64,000 bases of DNA from the human T2T-CHM13v2.0 reference genome, Homo sapiens. Location: NCBI RefSeq assembly GCF_009914755.1, contig NC_060925.1, one strand, 5' to 3'. Below are positions 20,300-34,699 of this stretch, in pieces. Every line of letters starts with the position of its first letter. Within the stretch, counting starts at the first letter, position 1. Below the pieces are notes generated by a model, which had not been told where the DNA came from, ran no database searches, and saw only the letters and a program-made list of their open reading frames with translations. The position numbers and the translations under genes were made by a program.

Positions 20300-21264
20300 C
20301 ACCTAGGTTTCCTTGAACAGATTTTTCATAGAAATATGGATATTAAAGGTTCTACTGGCGAGGAGTCAGAAAGATATGAGGAACATTCTGGAGAAATTCT
20401 ATATCATCTTAATGAAAGTTTAAGTTTCCAAAAGAGACTTCTAGTAGAAATTTGGACTTTAAAAGCCCAGTGAGAGCTCAGAAAGTAAGACACATGTTAT
20501 TAGAAAATGAGGGAGGTAATTTCCTACATTTTATGTAATGGTCATTTTTTAGCAAAATTGAGTCCGGAAAAGAACAACTCTTAATCAGTATAGTTGAATA
20601 TTTAGCTGAGATTATTTCCAAGCAAAATGTTTATAGTGTTGTCTTGTTTATTCATACTACTAATAGTAAGATGTGAGAAGTGAGCAAACTTTGAGAGATG
20701 AACTGTTGAGCAAAATGAGTCTATGAAATTTGTATTTGGGTAATTATGAGCCTATCCAGTTAATGAAAGATGCTAAAATTCAGATATGTTTGCGATAGAG
20801 AAAGGGCTGAGGATGTAGCTGTACATTTGTTTGATGAAATCTCAAAAATAGCATTATGTCACTTTAGTAATATTAAGAATGTGCCTTGCACATCTTCTCA
20901 ATCAAACCACGAATCATAAAGTAAAAGATTGTTTTCCTCACTCATCTAATCAAAACCAGAAATAGAGAAAAGAAGTTTATAATTCATCCTATGCATGTCC
21001 TACCACTTTATATTAAAAGTGTTGAGGTCTGTTAACTTGTCTTTTTGATTTTGCTGGTCCAGAGACAGAGAGGAATTTTTCTCCAAGAAGCATGCTAATC
21101 AAATTTAGATGAGATTCTGGAGTTTTGAGCTGATAAGATTTAGATTAAAATTTGGAATCTGTACTGATGCTGTAATGGGATGAGACTTTTGAAGACATTA
21201 GAATAGGGTAAATACATTTTGTATTTTGAATAAGTATGAATCATCTGGGGGCCAGGTGATGGAA
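20300..21264 (+). mobile_element. MaLR (MLT1) internal-region remnant
   Basis: Duplicated tattaaagg...gag...tcagaa motifs typical of MLT1-int; ends in a purine-rich tract (gggggccaggtgatggaa) directly before an LTR. Confidence 0.65.
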
Positions 21265-21820
21265 TGTAGTAGGCAGAATTCTAAAGAGGCCGCCCCCACC
21301 AAATTTATGTCCCATGGTTATTCAACCAAACGTTAACCTAAGTACGGCTGTGATGGGATTTTGCATATGTCTTTAGAGTCCTAAGTCAGTTGACCCTAAA
21401 ATATGGAGATTATCTGGGTGGGCTTAGCCCAATCAGGCATCAGATGAGTGTTTTATAAGTAGGGAGTTTTCATTAAATATTAGTAGCTGTCATATATTCA
21501 AATGGTGAGGAAGATTTGCTACAAGGTGAGATCCATTGTTGAGATTGAGAGATTACCTCCTTGCATGATGTTAACAAGAACCTGAGAGCAGACTACTCTG
21601 AAAGATACATGACAGCCAACAAGGAAACCAGGACCTCAGCCCTACAATCGGAAGGAACTGGATTCTGACAACAGTTAGAATGAGCAGGTCAATGGATTCT
21701 TCTCCAGAGTCTCTCAGAAAAGCTTAGCCTGGCCTACACCTTGATTTCACCTTGTGAGAACCTAAGCAGAGAATGTACCCAAGCCTGGACTTCTGAACTG
21801 TAGACCTGGAAGCTAATAAA
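21265..21820 (+). mobile_element. MLT1E-like LTR, 3' end lost
   Basis: Starts tgtagtaggcagaattctaa; ggagattatctgggtggg; aaggaactggattctg; caccttgatttca; aataaa at ~21815. Confidence 0.8.
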
Positions 21821-21902
21821 ACAAAGCAAAACAAATTAAAACAGAAAACATTTTATCCAAATAATTTAATCAAAAATCTCATCAATCCAAAGTACAAGCT
21901 CA

Positions 21903-22047
21903 AAGAAGAAGACGAAGAAAAAGAAAAAGAAGAAGAAGGAGGAGGAGGAGGAAAATGAGAAGGAAGTGGAGGAAAAGGAGGAGGAGGAGGTGGAGTAAAA
22001 GGAGGAGGAGGAGGAGGTGGTGGAGGAAAAGGAGGAGGAGGAGAGGG
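21903..22047 (+). repeat. Purine-rich (GAA)/(GGA)n low-complexity tract
   Basis: Seen directly. Confidence 0.9.
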
Positions 22048-23202
22048 ATCACTTGCAATCACTTGTAGCTAGTCAGTATAGGGGAAAGTGAAGAACAAAG
22101 TCTCATACCTGACTAGATGGGTCACCTTAGTTTGCATCTATCTGTATTTATATTTATCTATAACATAATAAAATAAAGTAATGTAATATAACCTAAGTAC
22201 CTAATTTCAGTAAAATTTTAAAATAAACCAAACATCATGAAGTAGCAATTAGCTCCAATTTCAAGTAGTTTTATCTTTAAAACTTAGGAAACTCAGATAA
22301 TTGCCTGCAAAAATTCAAATTTCAGGGTAAGAACAAAGTACTTTGTCAACTTCAAGATGGATACTCTTGCAATAATTTCTAAAATTAAATATAAAAATTG
22401 ATTATTTTCTTTGAATTCTATGCAGAGAGTGCGTTTATGTAACCGATCATTTTTAACCAGAATATATTTAACAGGAGCATGCACATCAGATTAGTACACT
22501 GTATCTTAATCCCGATTTTTAGGTATGTCTATAAGTTTTGTTCTTTTCTCTATTAAAATATTTTGAAATGCATTATTGATTTTATTTAAAGATAAACTTG
22601 GTGTTTTATAATTCAATTGAATCAAGTATTTCAGCACCTTATAAAAATAAAAGTCTTAAAATGCATTGTAAAGTGTATCACTGTCTACTGTTACATAAAT
22701 CTTTTATTTTATTATCGAGTGTCTTAATTGAATATTTCCTGATGTGTCTTTACTCTAAACCCCATTTCATTAGTATGAGAGTTTAAATCACTATTCATTA
22801 ATGAGAACATTTTGATGATGCATATCTTTATTCTCCTGTAGTACTTTATTATCATGGTAATATTAATTTAGATACTACCCAAAACTTATAATAGTTCAAC
22901 ATTAAGAATTGAATGTCTCTTCATCACTTCTAATTATACACTAGGTCTTTTAATTTCATATATAAAACATGAAGAAACTTCATTTTCTTCAAAAACTTTT
23001 ATAGAAAAATAAAAAGTTTTATTATATTAAAAATATGTAGAAATACAAATAAAAAAATTGCTTTCATCTCTCGTATGACCTCTAAGAACATACATATATT
23101 TATATTTAGTGTGAGTTATTTATATAAATACAAATGTTTCTTCTCCTAGATGTAAAAATGTTTCATTAGCTAGTTATTTTTTTCTGTTATGGCTGACTTT
23201 TT

Positions 23203-23430
23203 AGTATAGTGTAATGTTAGGAGCATGGACTTGAGAGCCAGACTGAATCAATTTGACACCTGGTACCCCACTTCCTGGCAGTGTGTCCTTTAGAAACACA
23301 CTCACTCTCTCCTGTATTTATTCATATATAAAATTGAGAAAATCATAGTCCTGCCTATTATGATGGTTTTGAGAGCCACGAGTCAATATTTGTAAAGTTA
23401 GAATGGTGCCTATCATAAGAGAAGGTTGTG
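23203..23430 (+). mobile_element. MIR SINE
   Basis: agtatagtgtaatgttaggagcatggact...gagccagactg...ccacttcctggcagtgtg...gaatggtgcct. Confidence 0.75.
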
Positions 23431-24496
23431 TTGGATATTTTTAAAAACTTATTTAACAAATATGTATTGATAGATGAATATGTTCTAGACACTCTTCATT
23501 GTACAGAAAGACTTTCTTAGCTCCTAAGGTTGACTTGGAATGCCATTATTTGTGAAGAACCAGTCACTTTGCTAGGAACTGAGTTTATCAAGATAAATGT
23601 TACCTAATCTCAAGAGACTTACCGTCATGGGAGTAAAATGATGATTGTAACACATTGTGATAAGTATTTTGATAGAAATAGGCACAGGGCCCCCTTAGAA
23701 GCATAAAAGATAAATACAACACAGAGCAGTTTAGGTCAGGTAGGTCAAAATGTGACCATCTATGGAAGAAATAATATGTGTACTGGTTAATGTAGGCTAA
23801 AGGGATATTTCTTGAAAAATGAGCAATCTTGAAGCAGATATATCAAAAGCAATTTCCCATAAGAAATAGTGAGAAAAGATTGCATTGCCTCATTTCTAGG
23901 ACACCAGCTACAGTTATAGGTTAATTGCTGATTCTGCCGCTGATTAAAGGAGCAACAGAGGTCTCCTCTACCATCCCCATAGGGCAAAAATTGCAAATGC
24001 TACAAGGCCCTTTTAGGAAAGGATGGTCAATAAAACAACATCTACTCTGCCCTGTGTGATGGCATATAGAAAAGGCTTTCTATGACTTTATATTAAGGCT
24101 GGATATCCTATTGACCTGGATTACTAAACAGCTGCTCTCCTGATATAATTCAAGGCCAATCTGAATGGTTAAATAAAAAAGAAGAAAAGAAAAAGAAATT
24201 TGCAGTGGAATAAAAGGTGTAACATAATATCTAAGAAAAACCAATGGAGGTGAAAAAGTGAAACAGCAATGACTAGTCGTTTACCAATGACCAGCTTAAG
24301 ATGGAGGCCATGCTCGTCAACAGCGGTGTGTATATGTTGAGGAGTCTAGACAGAATGTGTGCATGTATTTCAACTTAAAAATACCATTAAAATCCTAATA
24401 CAAAAGTTCAGTGTAGTTGGTTGCCTTCTTTTTACTTGTGTCTACAATTCTAGCAGCATAAAAGCAATGAGCACCTTAGAGAAGCCAGGAGAACAA

Positions 24497-24598
24497 ATGA
24501 GAAGGAAGGAGCAAAGGAAAGAAGAGAGCTTGAGAGGGAGGAAAGAAGGGAGGGAGAGAGGGAGAGAGGGAGGGAAGGAGGGAGAGAGACAGAGAGAC
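24497..24598 (+). repeat. (GGAA/GGGA/GA)n purine tract
   Basis: Seen directly. Confidence 0.85.
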
Positions 24599-25909
24599 TA
24601 AAGTAAAAACTCACCTACAAAATATTGAATATCAGGGATTTTAGACATATTTCAAGAAAGTAATAGAATATATCTGGCACGTTACTATCTTTAATGAAAC
24701 AACATACCTTCACATTCACTTTATTTGCTTTCAAAATGTTATTTCACTTTAAAGGAAAAAAACTGGATCTTAATACTTGAAATTCATGAAAATAGATGAG
24801 CATACAAAAATTCTCAATTGAAACATTTTAGATAATGACTGCGGGAGCAAGAGTGTATTTAATTGTATAATATTGTGGGATCTCTAAATTGAAGAATTTT
24901 TAATCTTTTATAAGGCAAGAAATGTGGTTCTCAGAGTAAGGAGGTTTAAGAAACCATATATATGTCCAAAGACTGAGTGTAGTCTGAATTTAGCTTCTAT
25001 TAAATTAGTAATTTATATTGATTTATCGTAATGAAATTGATGTCAGTCATTTTCTGAAATGTCTTTAAGAAAACTCACCTAGAAATAAGAAGGTTTTTCT
25101 TTAGACAACTAATTCCTGTAAAGTGTTTACTGCTCTCAGATGGTGGGACCAAAGTATAGCAGGGAAAATGAAAACCAAAAAAAACACCTACTTTTTGAAA
25201 ACCAATACCATGTCAGTCCTGTTACCAAACCCTGTCAAAGTTAACTTTCTATTTAGAGCTAGCTGTTGAAGATGTGCGACCTTAACCAATGTTACAATAT
25301 CTACTATCATATTTGTAATTGATAATCCCATTAGCAGTGTCTAGAGTTTCAGTGACCTCTGGCCCATCAATGCTGAATAGATTTTTCAGTGTATCAATTT
25401 CCAGTGTGTAGCTTTAGCAGCATTGATCTAATTGATCTCAAGGATGATCCTGTGGAAGAAGTAGAGGGAACAGATATTGCTGCATATTAACCCTGGACAA
25501 ATATACTCTCTTCTAAAATTATAACATAAAAATATATTCTGACTGTCTGTTGTATATTCAGAAAAGTATTTATTGAGCAATTTGTTGAATAGACAGTCTT
25601 CAGGGGATAGAGTCTCTGCCCTCATGGAGCTTATATTCAGGGGGTCTCCAATAGAAATGCTGAAATAATATTTGTGGCAACACCATGCCTGGTATATCTT
25701 GGCATAAACACAATCTATATTTGATTAATCCATATTTTTATAGGAGAGTTTTAGCACTGCAGCTTGGGAATATCTCAACCCCAAGTAAATATGAAATACT
25801 GAATGACAGAGATTTTGTACTTGGCTGTCACAGAAGCTGCCCTATTGATTGGATCTTCATAAATACTCAGTGGATTAAATAATTTTTTTATGAAAGGTAA
25901 ACATTTTAA

Positions 25910-26293
<384 letters not shown>

Positions 26294-26357
26294 GATACTG
26301 AATGTTTTAATTTCCATTATAAATATGTTAATTATTTTATACAGAGCCTCTTTTTAA

Positions 26358-26740
26358 AAATTCATTCAACAAATATCTATTGAGTGTTCGCAATTTGTCA
26401 GACACAAGCGAAAGACACATATTGTACTTTAAAAAAAAAGAAAAAAAAAGAGGCATTGTCTGCTCCTTCACAGAGCCTATATTTTAGTGGGGGAATTACT
26501 GATTGAGGGAATAATTGCACAGATATTAAGTTAATTACAATTTTATAAGTGCTAAGAAAGAGTGCACAATTTTTTAGGTCATCTTTATGAAACTAGGCCC
26601 TGACTCAATCTGGGAATGCTTTCCTAAGGAAGTTGTGATTGGATACAAAAGTGTAAAACAGTATGAGTTAGGAAAGTTCAAGTGAGGTAAATTGTCCAGG
26701 TGAAGGGACAATCATATGTGAAGACATCTGTACAATAACA
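26358..26740 (-). mobile_element. L2 3' remnant
   Basis: attcattcaacaaatatctattgagtg tail signature and ctgctccttcacagagcctatatttt. Confidence 0.65.
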
Positions 26741-27320
26741 ATGAATGTTTCCTTCGTTGTAGCATGCAGTTTTCACTGGAGGTAGCTTTGATGGGTCAGG
26801 GATTGTTTCTTACCCTGCTCTTGAATCCACAGCTGGCTATGTCACTAGTTCTTATCCAAAAATTTCAAATGACAGTGAAACGTCATCTCTGCATTGGGGT
26901 GCCTTCTCTCCTCTGATTTAGCCCCAGGATAGAAGAAACCTGGATACCTCAAATACCACATGAAGGAACGTCAACTAGGCTGCAAGCAACACCCAGATCA
27001 GCTTGTCAGATATTAAATTTAAAAAATCTATTTTTTTGAACCCACCAAAATTTGGGTTTATTTTTGCAGTGGTGCTATGGTTAATGTTAACCAAAACAGC
27101 ATGAGGTGTAAAGTGACTAAGGGTTTTGCAGTTCCTGAAAGATGCAGTGTGATTAGAGCACTGAAAGTAAAGAGAAAATACATTGGACTCCCAGAAAATT
27201 GTCCAACAAAAAGCCCTCAGGACACATTATGTAATTCTCTGCCTTCCTCCCTTATCCTCTCAACTCTATTTTAGTTGGATATGACAAAAATAACCCAATT
27301 TGTGTGATCAAAAAATCCTA

Positions 27321-27600
27321 GGACAGGCATGTTGGTTCATGCTTGTGACCCCAGAAGGTGGGAGGGTTGCTTGAGGCCAGCCAGGAATTCAAGACCAGCC
27401 TGAGCAACAGAGTGAGAAAACATTTTTTCAAAATTAGCTGGGTATGGTGGTGTGTGACTATAGTCTTAGCTATTTTGGATGCTGAAATGGGAGGATCCCA
27501 CGGGCCCAAGAATTCTAGGCTGCAGTGAGTTAAGATCATACCATTTCACTCCAGCCTGGGTGACAGAGACCTTGTCTCTAAAATAATAATAATAATAAAT
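27321..27600 (+). mobile_element. AluJo/Jr
   Basis: Diverged dimeric Alu with J-type ttgcttgaggcc and ggctgcagtgag; (TAA)n tail. Confidence 0.88.
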
Positions 27601-27880
27601 ATTATTTTAAAGGAATAATTAAGCCCAACCCCACCTCAAATAAGGAAAATAATTAAGGACCCATATAAAAAAGAATGGTGAAAACCAGAACAGTAAGCTA
27701 AAACCCATATCTATGTCATGGCCAGAAATCAAATTGTAAAGAAACATATCAGCATGAACTTTAGCCTATGCAATCAGAATATAAGGTGTTTGTGTGGAGG
27801 ATGGTGGTAGTGGTGGAATTCAGACTTCTCTATAAGTTCATTTTCCAGACTAGGAAAGAGCAATATGTCCTAGGAACCAC

Positions 27881-27882
<2 letters not shown>

Positions 27883-27923
<41 letters not shown>

Positions 27924-27929
27924 AAATAA
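27883..27929 (+). repeat. (TAAA)n microsatellite
   Basis: Seen directly. Confidence 0.92.
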
Positions 27930-29287
27930 ACATTACAACTCTGCTTACCTGTCTTGACCTATAGTGAAAAGAAGTTTGCAAAATTCATAAATACAGGCTT
28001 GCTCTTGCATCAGAATTCTGATGTTCAAATTTATACCATGTACATTGTACAAAAGAATATAGGTTAGTTAATATTAAATAATCATAATTTAAAGCACTTT
28101 AAAGGGCACCTATGTTTTAAAATATTATCTTTCAAAATATAGCCTAAATATGCCCCACATGATTCTCACTGAAAGACTACTACACCTAAACTCAGTCTAA
28201 AATTATACAACTATTTAATAAAAATGGCATTATAGTTGCTATTCAGCTGAACCATAGCAGAATAATTAAACTCTCAAGTTCTTTAGATAGTTGAATTAAT
28301 AGGTATAGAATTTTTAAAAACTTTAAGATATTTATGGAAATAAAAAATGAAAAAATACTGCAATATAAAAAATATAAAATATACCATATATTTGAAAAAA
28401 ATTAGAGCATGTATAAATAAAAATGTATGCACTCCTTAAAATGCAACACTAACTAGATGAGTGAATAGAAAAATAAGCAGAATTGTGAAAAAAAATTGGT
28501 AAACTAAGGAATATCTGAAAAACATTGCTCAGAACGTAACATACAGATTTAAAAGATGGAAAAACAAGAGACATGGAGGATAGAATGGAAATGTTTAAAT
28601 GTCATCTAATCTGATTCATAGAAGATAATACGAGAAGAATTTGAGAGAGGTGATATTGCCAAATATAATGGATGTCGATTTTACAGAATTGACGAAAAGC
28701 AAGAATACTTCAGTTCAGGAAATGCAAGTAAAATGAACAGAAGGAAATCCACACTTGGAAACATTATAATAATATTGAAGAAAACCTAGGACAGAGAGAA
28801 AAAGCTAATAGTAGCCAAAGAGAAAAGAAAGATGACTTACAGAGTTTGCAACACTATAAAGAGTATAAACAACCAGCAGAATAATATCCTCCAAGTTCCA
28901 AGAAAGGAGGAAAACATCCTGTCAATTTAGAGTTAGATACTCAGCTAAACTGTCACCAAAGATTTTGGAAAAAATAAAGGTATTTGAAACAAGCAAAAAC
29001 TGGAAGAATTTGTCACCAACTTACTCTCACAAAAGAAAATCATAAGGCATTATTTCAGAAGGATTACATGACAATCTGAGATGCAAAAAAAAAATTGAGA
29101 AACATGAATAAATGAGAAACTTTCCTATGAAATAGAGAAACATATGAATAAATAAAAACAGATATTATCTGTATGAAATAGTTGAAACAATAATTTGGGG
29201 CTAAAAACCAAGAAGGTGGACTAGTACACAGGACAACAATTATATAGGAGGGAAAATGGACTGATTAATATTAAGTCTTCTAGGACT

Positions 29288-29572
29288 GGGCAGTTCAAAC
29301 TTCATTCCATAATTACTACCAGCCCACAAGCTGTCTGTTACTGATCTATTACAAGAAATACACAGAAATTAATAGTAAGAGTTAGAAACTTTAAAAGCGT
29401 TTTGACAAGAGTAATTTTATGTCTGTTTAATTTAGTAATCAAAAAGATTGGCTCATATTTAATCTGTATTTTTTATTTATATACCTATTTTATTTTATAG
29501 ACTTATCAGTTCACGAGTAATTGGAATGTTTGAAAAAATGTATTTTACCACTAATACTTTGAGAAGTATTAT
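29288..29572. mobile_element. hAT-Charlie (Charlie4-like) non-autonomous relic
   Basis: ctgtctgttactg...acagaaattaatagtaag...agagtaattttatgtctg internal motif and actttgagaagta end. Confidence 0.5.
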
Positions 29573-31281
29573 CCTCAAATCCTGTATGTTTAAAAAAGAA
29601 GCCCAGAAATTATCTTTAGGGAGATATAATTAGAAAAAATAGAATATTAAATGCAATAGGTAACAACAAAAAAATCAGAAATAAACAAGTATCAAGAAAA
29701 ATGCAGAATTAGAAATAAAACTTTACCAATCTAAAAGAAGACAAGAAAATTAAAAAGAAAAAAGAAATCACTGGAAAGAGATGATAAAGGGGAAACACAA
29801 AATAAGAAAACAAAATCCAAATATATTAGTAATCCCTAAAAATATAGATAAAATAAATTTATTATTTCAGTGACAAATTATTACAATGGATTTTGTAAAA
29901 AAAAAAAAGTCTAGTTATATGCTGTTAGCAAGCAACCTAACATATTAGGATGCAAATAGTTTGCAAGTAAAAAGATGAAAAAATGGAAAAAGATATATCA
30001 GTCAAAGATTAAGCAATAAAAAACTGATGTTGCCTTCTTTAAAGGAGAATGGTATTTTTAGAGATAAAAATAGTCACATATATTGAACAAATTTTACAAG
30101 AAGATATAGATAGGGAGAAATTATAAGCGTTAAGTGTTTACACTAATAGTAAAGGAGAAAAGTTGAGCATTAACTTACAATAACTAAAACTTAGTTTCTT
30201 ATAATTAAGTAAAATTTTTGTAAGAAAAACTTGTCATAAATTAAGTCTAGCCTCCAACTTGGGATGTTATAATAGATAGAATATTCCTAAATAGTACATA
30301 CAGGAAAAACATAGAGTTAAAATAAAATAATGCTAAAGAACACAGAAGAGAGAGGATCAACAAATTATATATTTAGAGCTTAGTGAAGACTAATGAAATA
30401 GCAAAACTTTCTTAGGATTGGTCAAGAAAAAATAAAGAAAGACTAAATAACCAATTTTAATAACTAAAAAGAGATCTTAATTAATACAGGTAGAGCTGAG
30501 GAGTTCTAAATGATAAAATAATACTACCAACAATTTCAGGTAAATAAGTTGTAAAATAAGAGGTAAATAACAATCTATTCCGCCTCACTCCCCCAATGCA
30601 ATTACTGAAAACTGACTCAATGTAAAAAAATGAAAATAAAAATGTTGAATAGACCTGTAAACATTAACAAATTGAATCAATAGAATGAGTAGTAACAGAT
30701 ATAAACCCTATATGCTGTAAAATCTACGGGTCTCAGAAAATTTTGTAAGAGATTTCTATTGAGCACTAACTATTTACAACCTTTGCAAAAATAGACAAAT
30801 TGAAATGCCTGCTAATTCTTTTATGAGATGATATATAAACTTGATAATAGAATCTGACAAAAATATTAATATTAAAGGCCAATGATAGGTTGATATCAAT
30901 CATAAACTAGAGATTCAAAACTTTTAAACAGCATCAGCCAAATTAATACATTAATATATTTTAAAAAACTATTCATGAACAAATATGTGTATCTTAGGAA
31001 GGTTAAAATGTTTTCTCTCTAGGAAACCAATACATGTAATTTATGAAAATATTAAAGTAAAAAAATTGAAATTGTGATTTTAATGGGTTCAAAAAAATTA
31101 TCCAGTGAAACTCAATAACATGTATAATAAATATCATGCTATTCCAATAATAAGAGGCAAATTTCTTAAGCTGATAATGGGTACTTACCAAAATTTACAC
31201 CCACATTATACTTTATTTTATAATATTAGAAGCCTCTCTTGAAAATCAGAAAAACTAAAGAAGGTCACTGTACAAGCTATA

Positions 31282-31372
31282 GTGTGTGTATGTGTATATA
31301 TATGTGTATATATATGTATGTTATATATGTGTGTGTTTGTATGTATGTATGTGTGTGTGTATATATATATAT
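31282..31372 (+). repeat. (TG)/(TA) mixed microsatellite
   Basis: Seen directly. Confidence 0.9.
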
Positions 31373-31715
31373 CAGAATAGCATTATGCATTAATTTTATT
31401 TAAATATAAATATATACATATGAATATAAAATCACTATATAATGCTATACTGGTTTAGGCCCGCAGAGTACAATAATACATAAATGTGAGATTATTCAAA
31501 TATAATTTGCTACAGTTGAACCCAATTTGTTCAGAAGACAAATTCTAAGTATTAACAAGGATATATAAAGATCGCTTAACAAAAGGACAATATGTACATA
31601 AATTGACTTATTTTTCATTAGCAAATATTAAGATGTATAATTATGTTAATGATATTAATAATATTGGTAAATAATATTAGCAAATAATATTTTCATGTAA
31701 ATGTTTTAAAGCATA

Positions 31716-32074
31716 TGTCTTATAGCTCAAGCTGCTATAACGAAATACCCCAGGCTGAGTGGCTTAAACAACAAACATTTATTTGTCACAGTTATGGAGG
31801 CTGGGAGGGTCAAGATCGATGCTCTGGCAGACCTGGTCTCTGGTAATGGTTGACTTCCTGGCTTGTAGACAGCCAACTTGTTGCTGTAGTCTCGCATGAC
31901 CAAGAGGGATAGATCATCTCATGACTTTTTTATAAAAGCAAGAACCCCTTTCATAAGGTTTCTATCCTTATAACTTAATTACCTTCCAAAGTCCCAATCT
32001 TCAAATACTATCCTATTGGGAATTAGGCTTCAACATACAAATTTTAGGAAGACACAACTGTTAAGTCCATAGCA
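31716..32074 (-). mobile_element. MaLR solo LTR, MLT1A/A0-like
   Basis: tgtctta...gctgctataac...ggcttaaacaacaaacatttatt...cacagtt; ends agtccatagca. Confidence 0.85.
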
Positions 32075-32385
32075 GGTAACAATTACAAAACCAACAAAAA
32101 TATGAGCTAGCATATATTAAGATTTTTTAAAAACCTGAGTAATATCTTTATGAAGAAAATGTAATCATCAAATGAAAATTTACTAAAGAAAATTAAATTA
32201 AATGGCAAGACAAATTGTTTTTGAAAAGGCTCAGTGACTTAAACGTCTCCATTATCTCTAAATTAATCTATAAATTCAATGGAATTACAAAAATATTGCT
32301 GCAGTTGATTTTGAAAGAGGGAGAAATATGCAAAGGGTAAAAATAACTAAAACTTTTCTAAGAAAAACTTGTCATCCTAGTTACC

Positions 32386-32678
<293 letters not shown>

Positions 32679-32882
32679 CCCTAGTTTTCAAGATTTATTT
32701 TCAGACTATAGTAAATAAATCAGAGTAGGGTTGCCACAGGCATAGCTTCCCTCCCATATGGTATAGGGAATGCACACTGACAAGAGTATTAGAAAAAGAG
32801 ACCAAAAGGGAATATAAAAGGAGTATTAGACAGGTTTTTATTTTCCCTCATCAAATGGTGTCTCTCTGACTATGTATGAACA

Positions 32883-34181
32883 CAGTCATGCAATGCATAA
32901 CAATGGAGATGCATTCTGAGAAATGCATTGTTAGGTGATTTTGTCATTATGTGAATATAAAAGAGGTCATACACAAACCTAGATGCTATAGCCTACTACA
33001 CACCTAGGCTATACGGTATAGCCTATTATTCTAGGCTACTAAGCTGCAAAGAATGTTACTGTACTGAATACTGTAGCCAGTTGTAACACAATTGTATTTG
33101 TGTATCTAAACATAATCTACATATGGAAAATATACAATAAAAATATGGTATAAAAAATCAAAAATAGTACACCTGTATAGGACACTTACCATAAATGGAA
33201 GTTGCTCTGCGTGAGTCAGTGCGTGAGTAGTGAGGGAATGTGAAGGCTTACGACAATATGATGTACACTATTGTAGACTTTATAAAAACTATACACTTAG
33301 GTTACACTAAATTTATTTTAACATGTTATTTCTTCAAGAATATATTAGTCAGTTTACTGTATTTTTTAATAAACTTTTAAATGTTTTAAATTTTTGACTT
33401 TTGTAATAACACTTAGATTATAACACAAACACATTAAGCAGCTATACAAAAATATTAGGTTGGTGCAAACAAAACAAAACAAACGACCCACCCTGGAAAA
33501 ATCACAATTACTTTTGCACCAACCTAATATTTTCTTTCTTTATATCCTTATTCAATAAACTTTTTTGTATTTTTAAAATTATTTATTGTACTTTCTAAAC
33601 TTTTTTGTTACCACCTAAGACACAAACACAGTCGTGCATCACACATTACTGGTACATATTAGCCTAGGCCTAACAGGGTTAGGATAATCAATATCACTGT
33701 TCCACCTCCACGTGTTATCTCACTGGAAAGTCTTTAGAAGCAATAATATGCATAGAGCTGTCATCTCCTTTGATAACAGTGCCTTCTTCTGGAGTATCTT
33801 CTGAAGGACTAGCCTGAGGCTGTTTTACAGTTAACTAGTTAACTTCTTTGTAATAAGTAGAAGGAGTACTCTCTGAAACAATAATAAAAAGTATAGTATA
33901 GAAAATACATAAACCAGTAACACAGTTGTTTATTATCATTATCAAGTATTATATAGTGTACATCATTGTATGTGCCATACTTTCATACAAATGGCAGCAC
34001 AGTAGGTTTCTTTACTATGGCATCATCACAAACTTGCGAGTAATTTGTTACACTAAGACATTATGATGGCTATTACATCACTAGGCAATAAAAATTTTTC
34101 AGCCTTATTATAGTCTCATGGGATGGCCATTGTATATGCAGTTCTTCAGTGGCCAAAACCTTGTTATGTGTTGCATGACTT
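32883..34181 (+). mobile_element. Tigger3b/MER7-like non-autonomous DNA transposon
   Basis: Terminal inverted repeats (TIRs) cagtcatgcaatgcataaca ... tgttatgtgttgcatgact; internal tatagcctactacacacctaggctata motif. Confidence 0.88.
33455..33527. mobile_element. MADE1 (Hsmar1-derived MITE), left arm partly replaced
   Basis: ttaggttggtgcaaa ... aattacttttgcaccaacctaa with TA on both sides. Confidence 0.9.
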
Positions 34182-34699
34182 TAATTACAAGTACCAAGAT
34201 TAATTTAAACATCTGTTTTAATATTTTAGACAATTGTAAAAATAGTGATGACTAAAACTTCGAGTGTTCTGATGCTTGAGTGTAATCACACACACATTTG
34301 CATAGTGTTCATATAGGCATGAAAAGACAAGATTATGTTCTGTACATGTTTTCAATAATTTTAGTGCATTTGACAGTTTTCTTTTGTGCAAATATATTTT
34401 GCTATCATTTTAACAGAAAAATATTGACAAATTTGCAAACACAAAAGCTATTCTTTTCCAAGTATCAAATATTCCTATTGTTACAAAAAAGAACAGAGAT
34501 TTACTCATTAAATTCCAATGACAAATTCATTACATTCAAAGATGATTTAGAAATGAATAAAGTGGAAGGCTGAGCTTGCTTTAACGTTCCATGTGGAGTT
34601 AATACAGAAAAATAATAAAGTGGAATTTACAAGAAAGAAAAATAGATATTGAAGAGAGTACTAAAAATCAAGGAAGTATTTTATGAAGAATACTGTTTG

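Larger units (their letters stand above)
28400..32370 (+). mobile_element. Ancient, fragmented L1M (ORF1 and ORF2 remnants) with nested insertions
   Basis: A-rich plus strand. ORF1-like aaatccacacttggaaacattataata; ORF2-like ttgaatagacctgtaa and ctaaattaatctataaattcaat, in the correct order. Confidence 0.7.

Noticed and set aside
21853-22062. Polyproline ORF
   Set aside because: Antisense reading of the (GGA)n tract.
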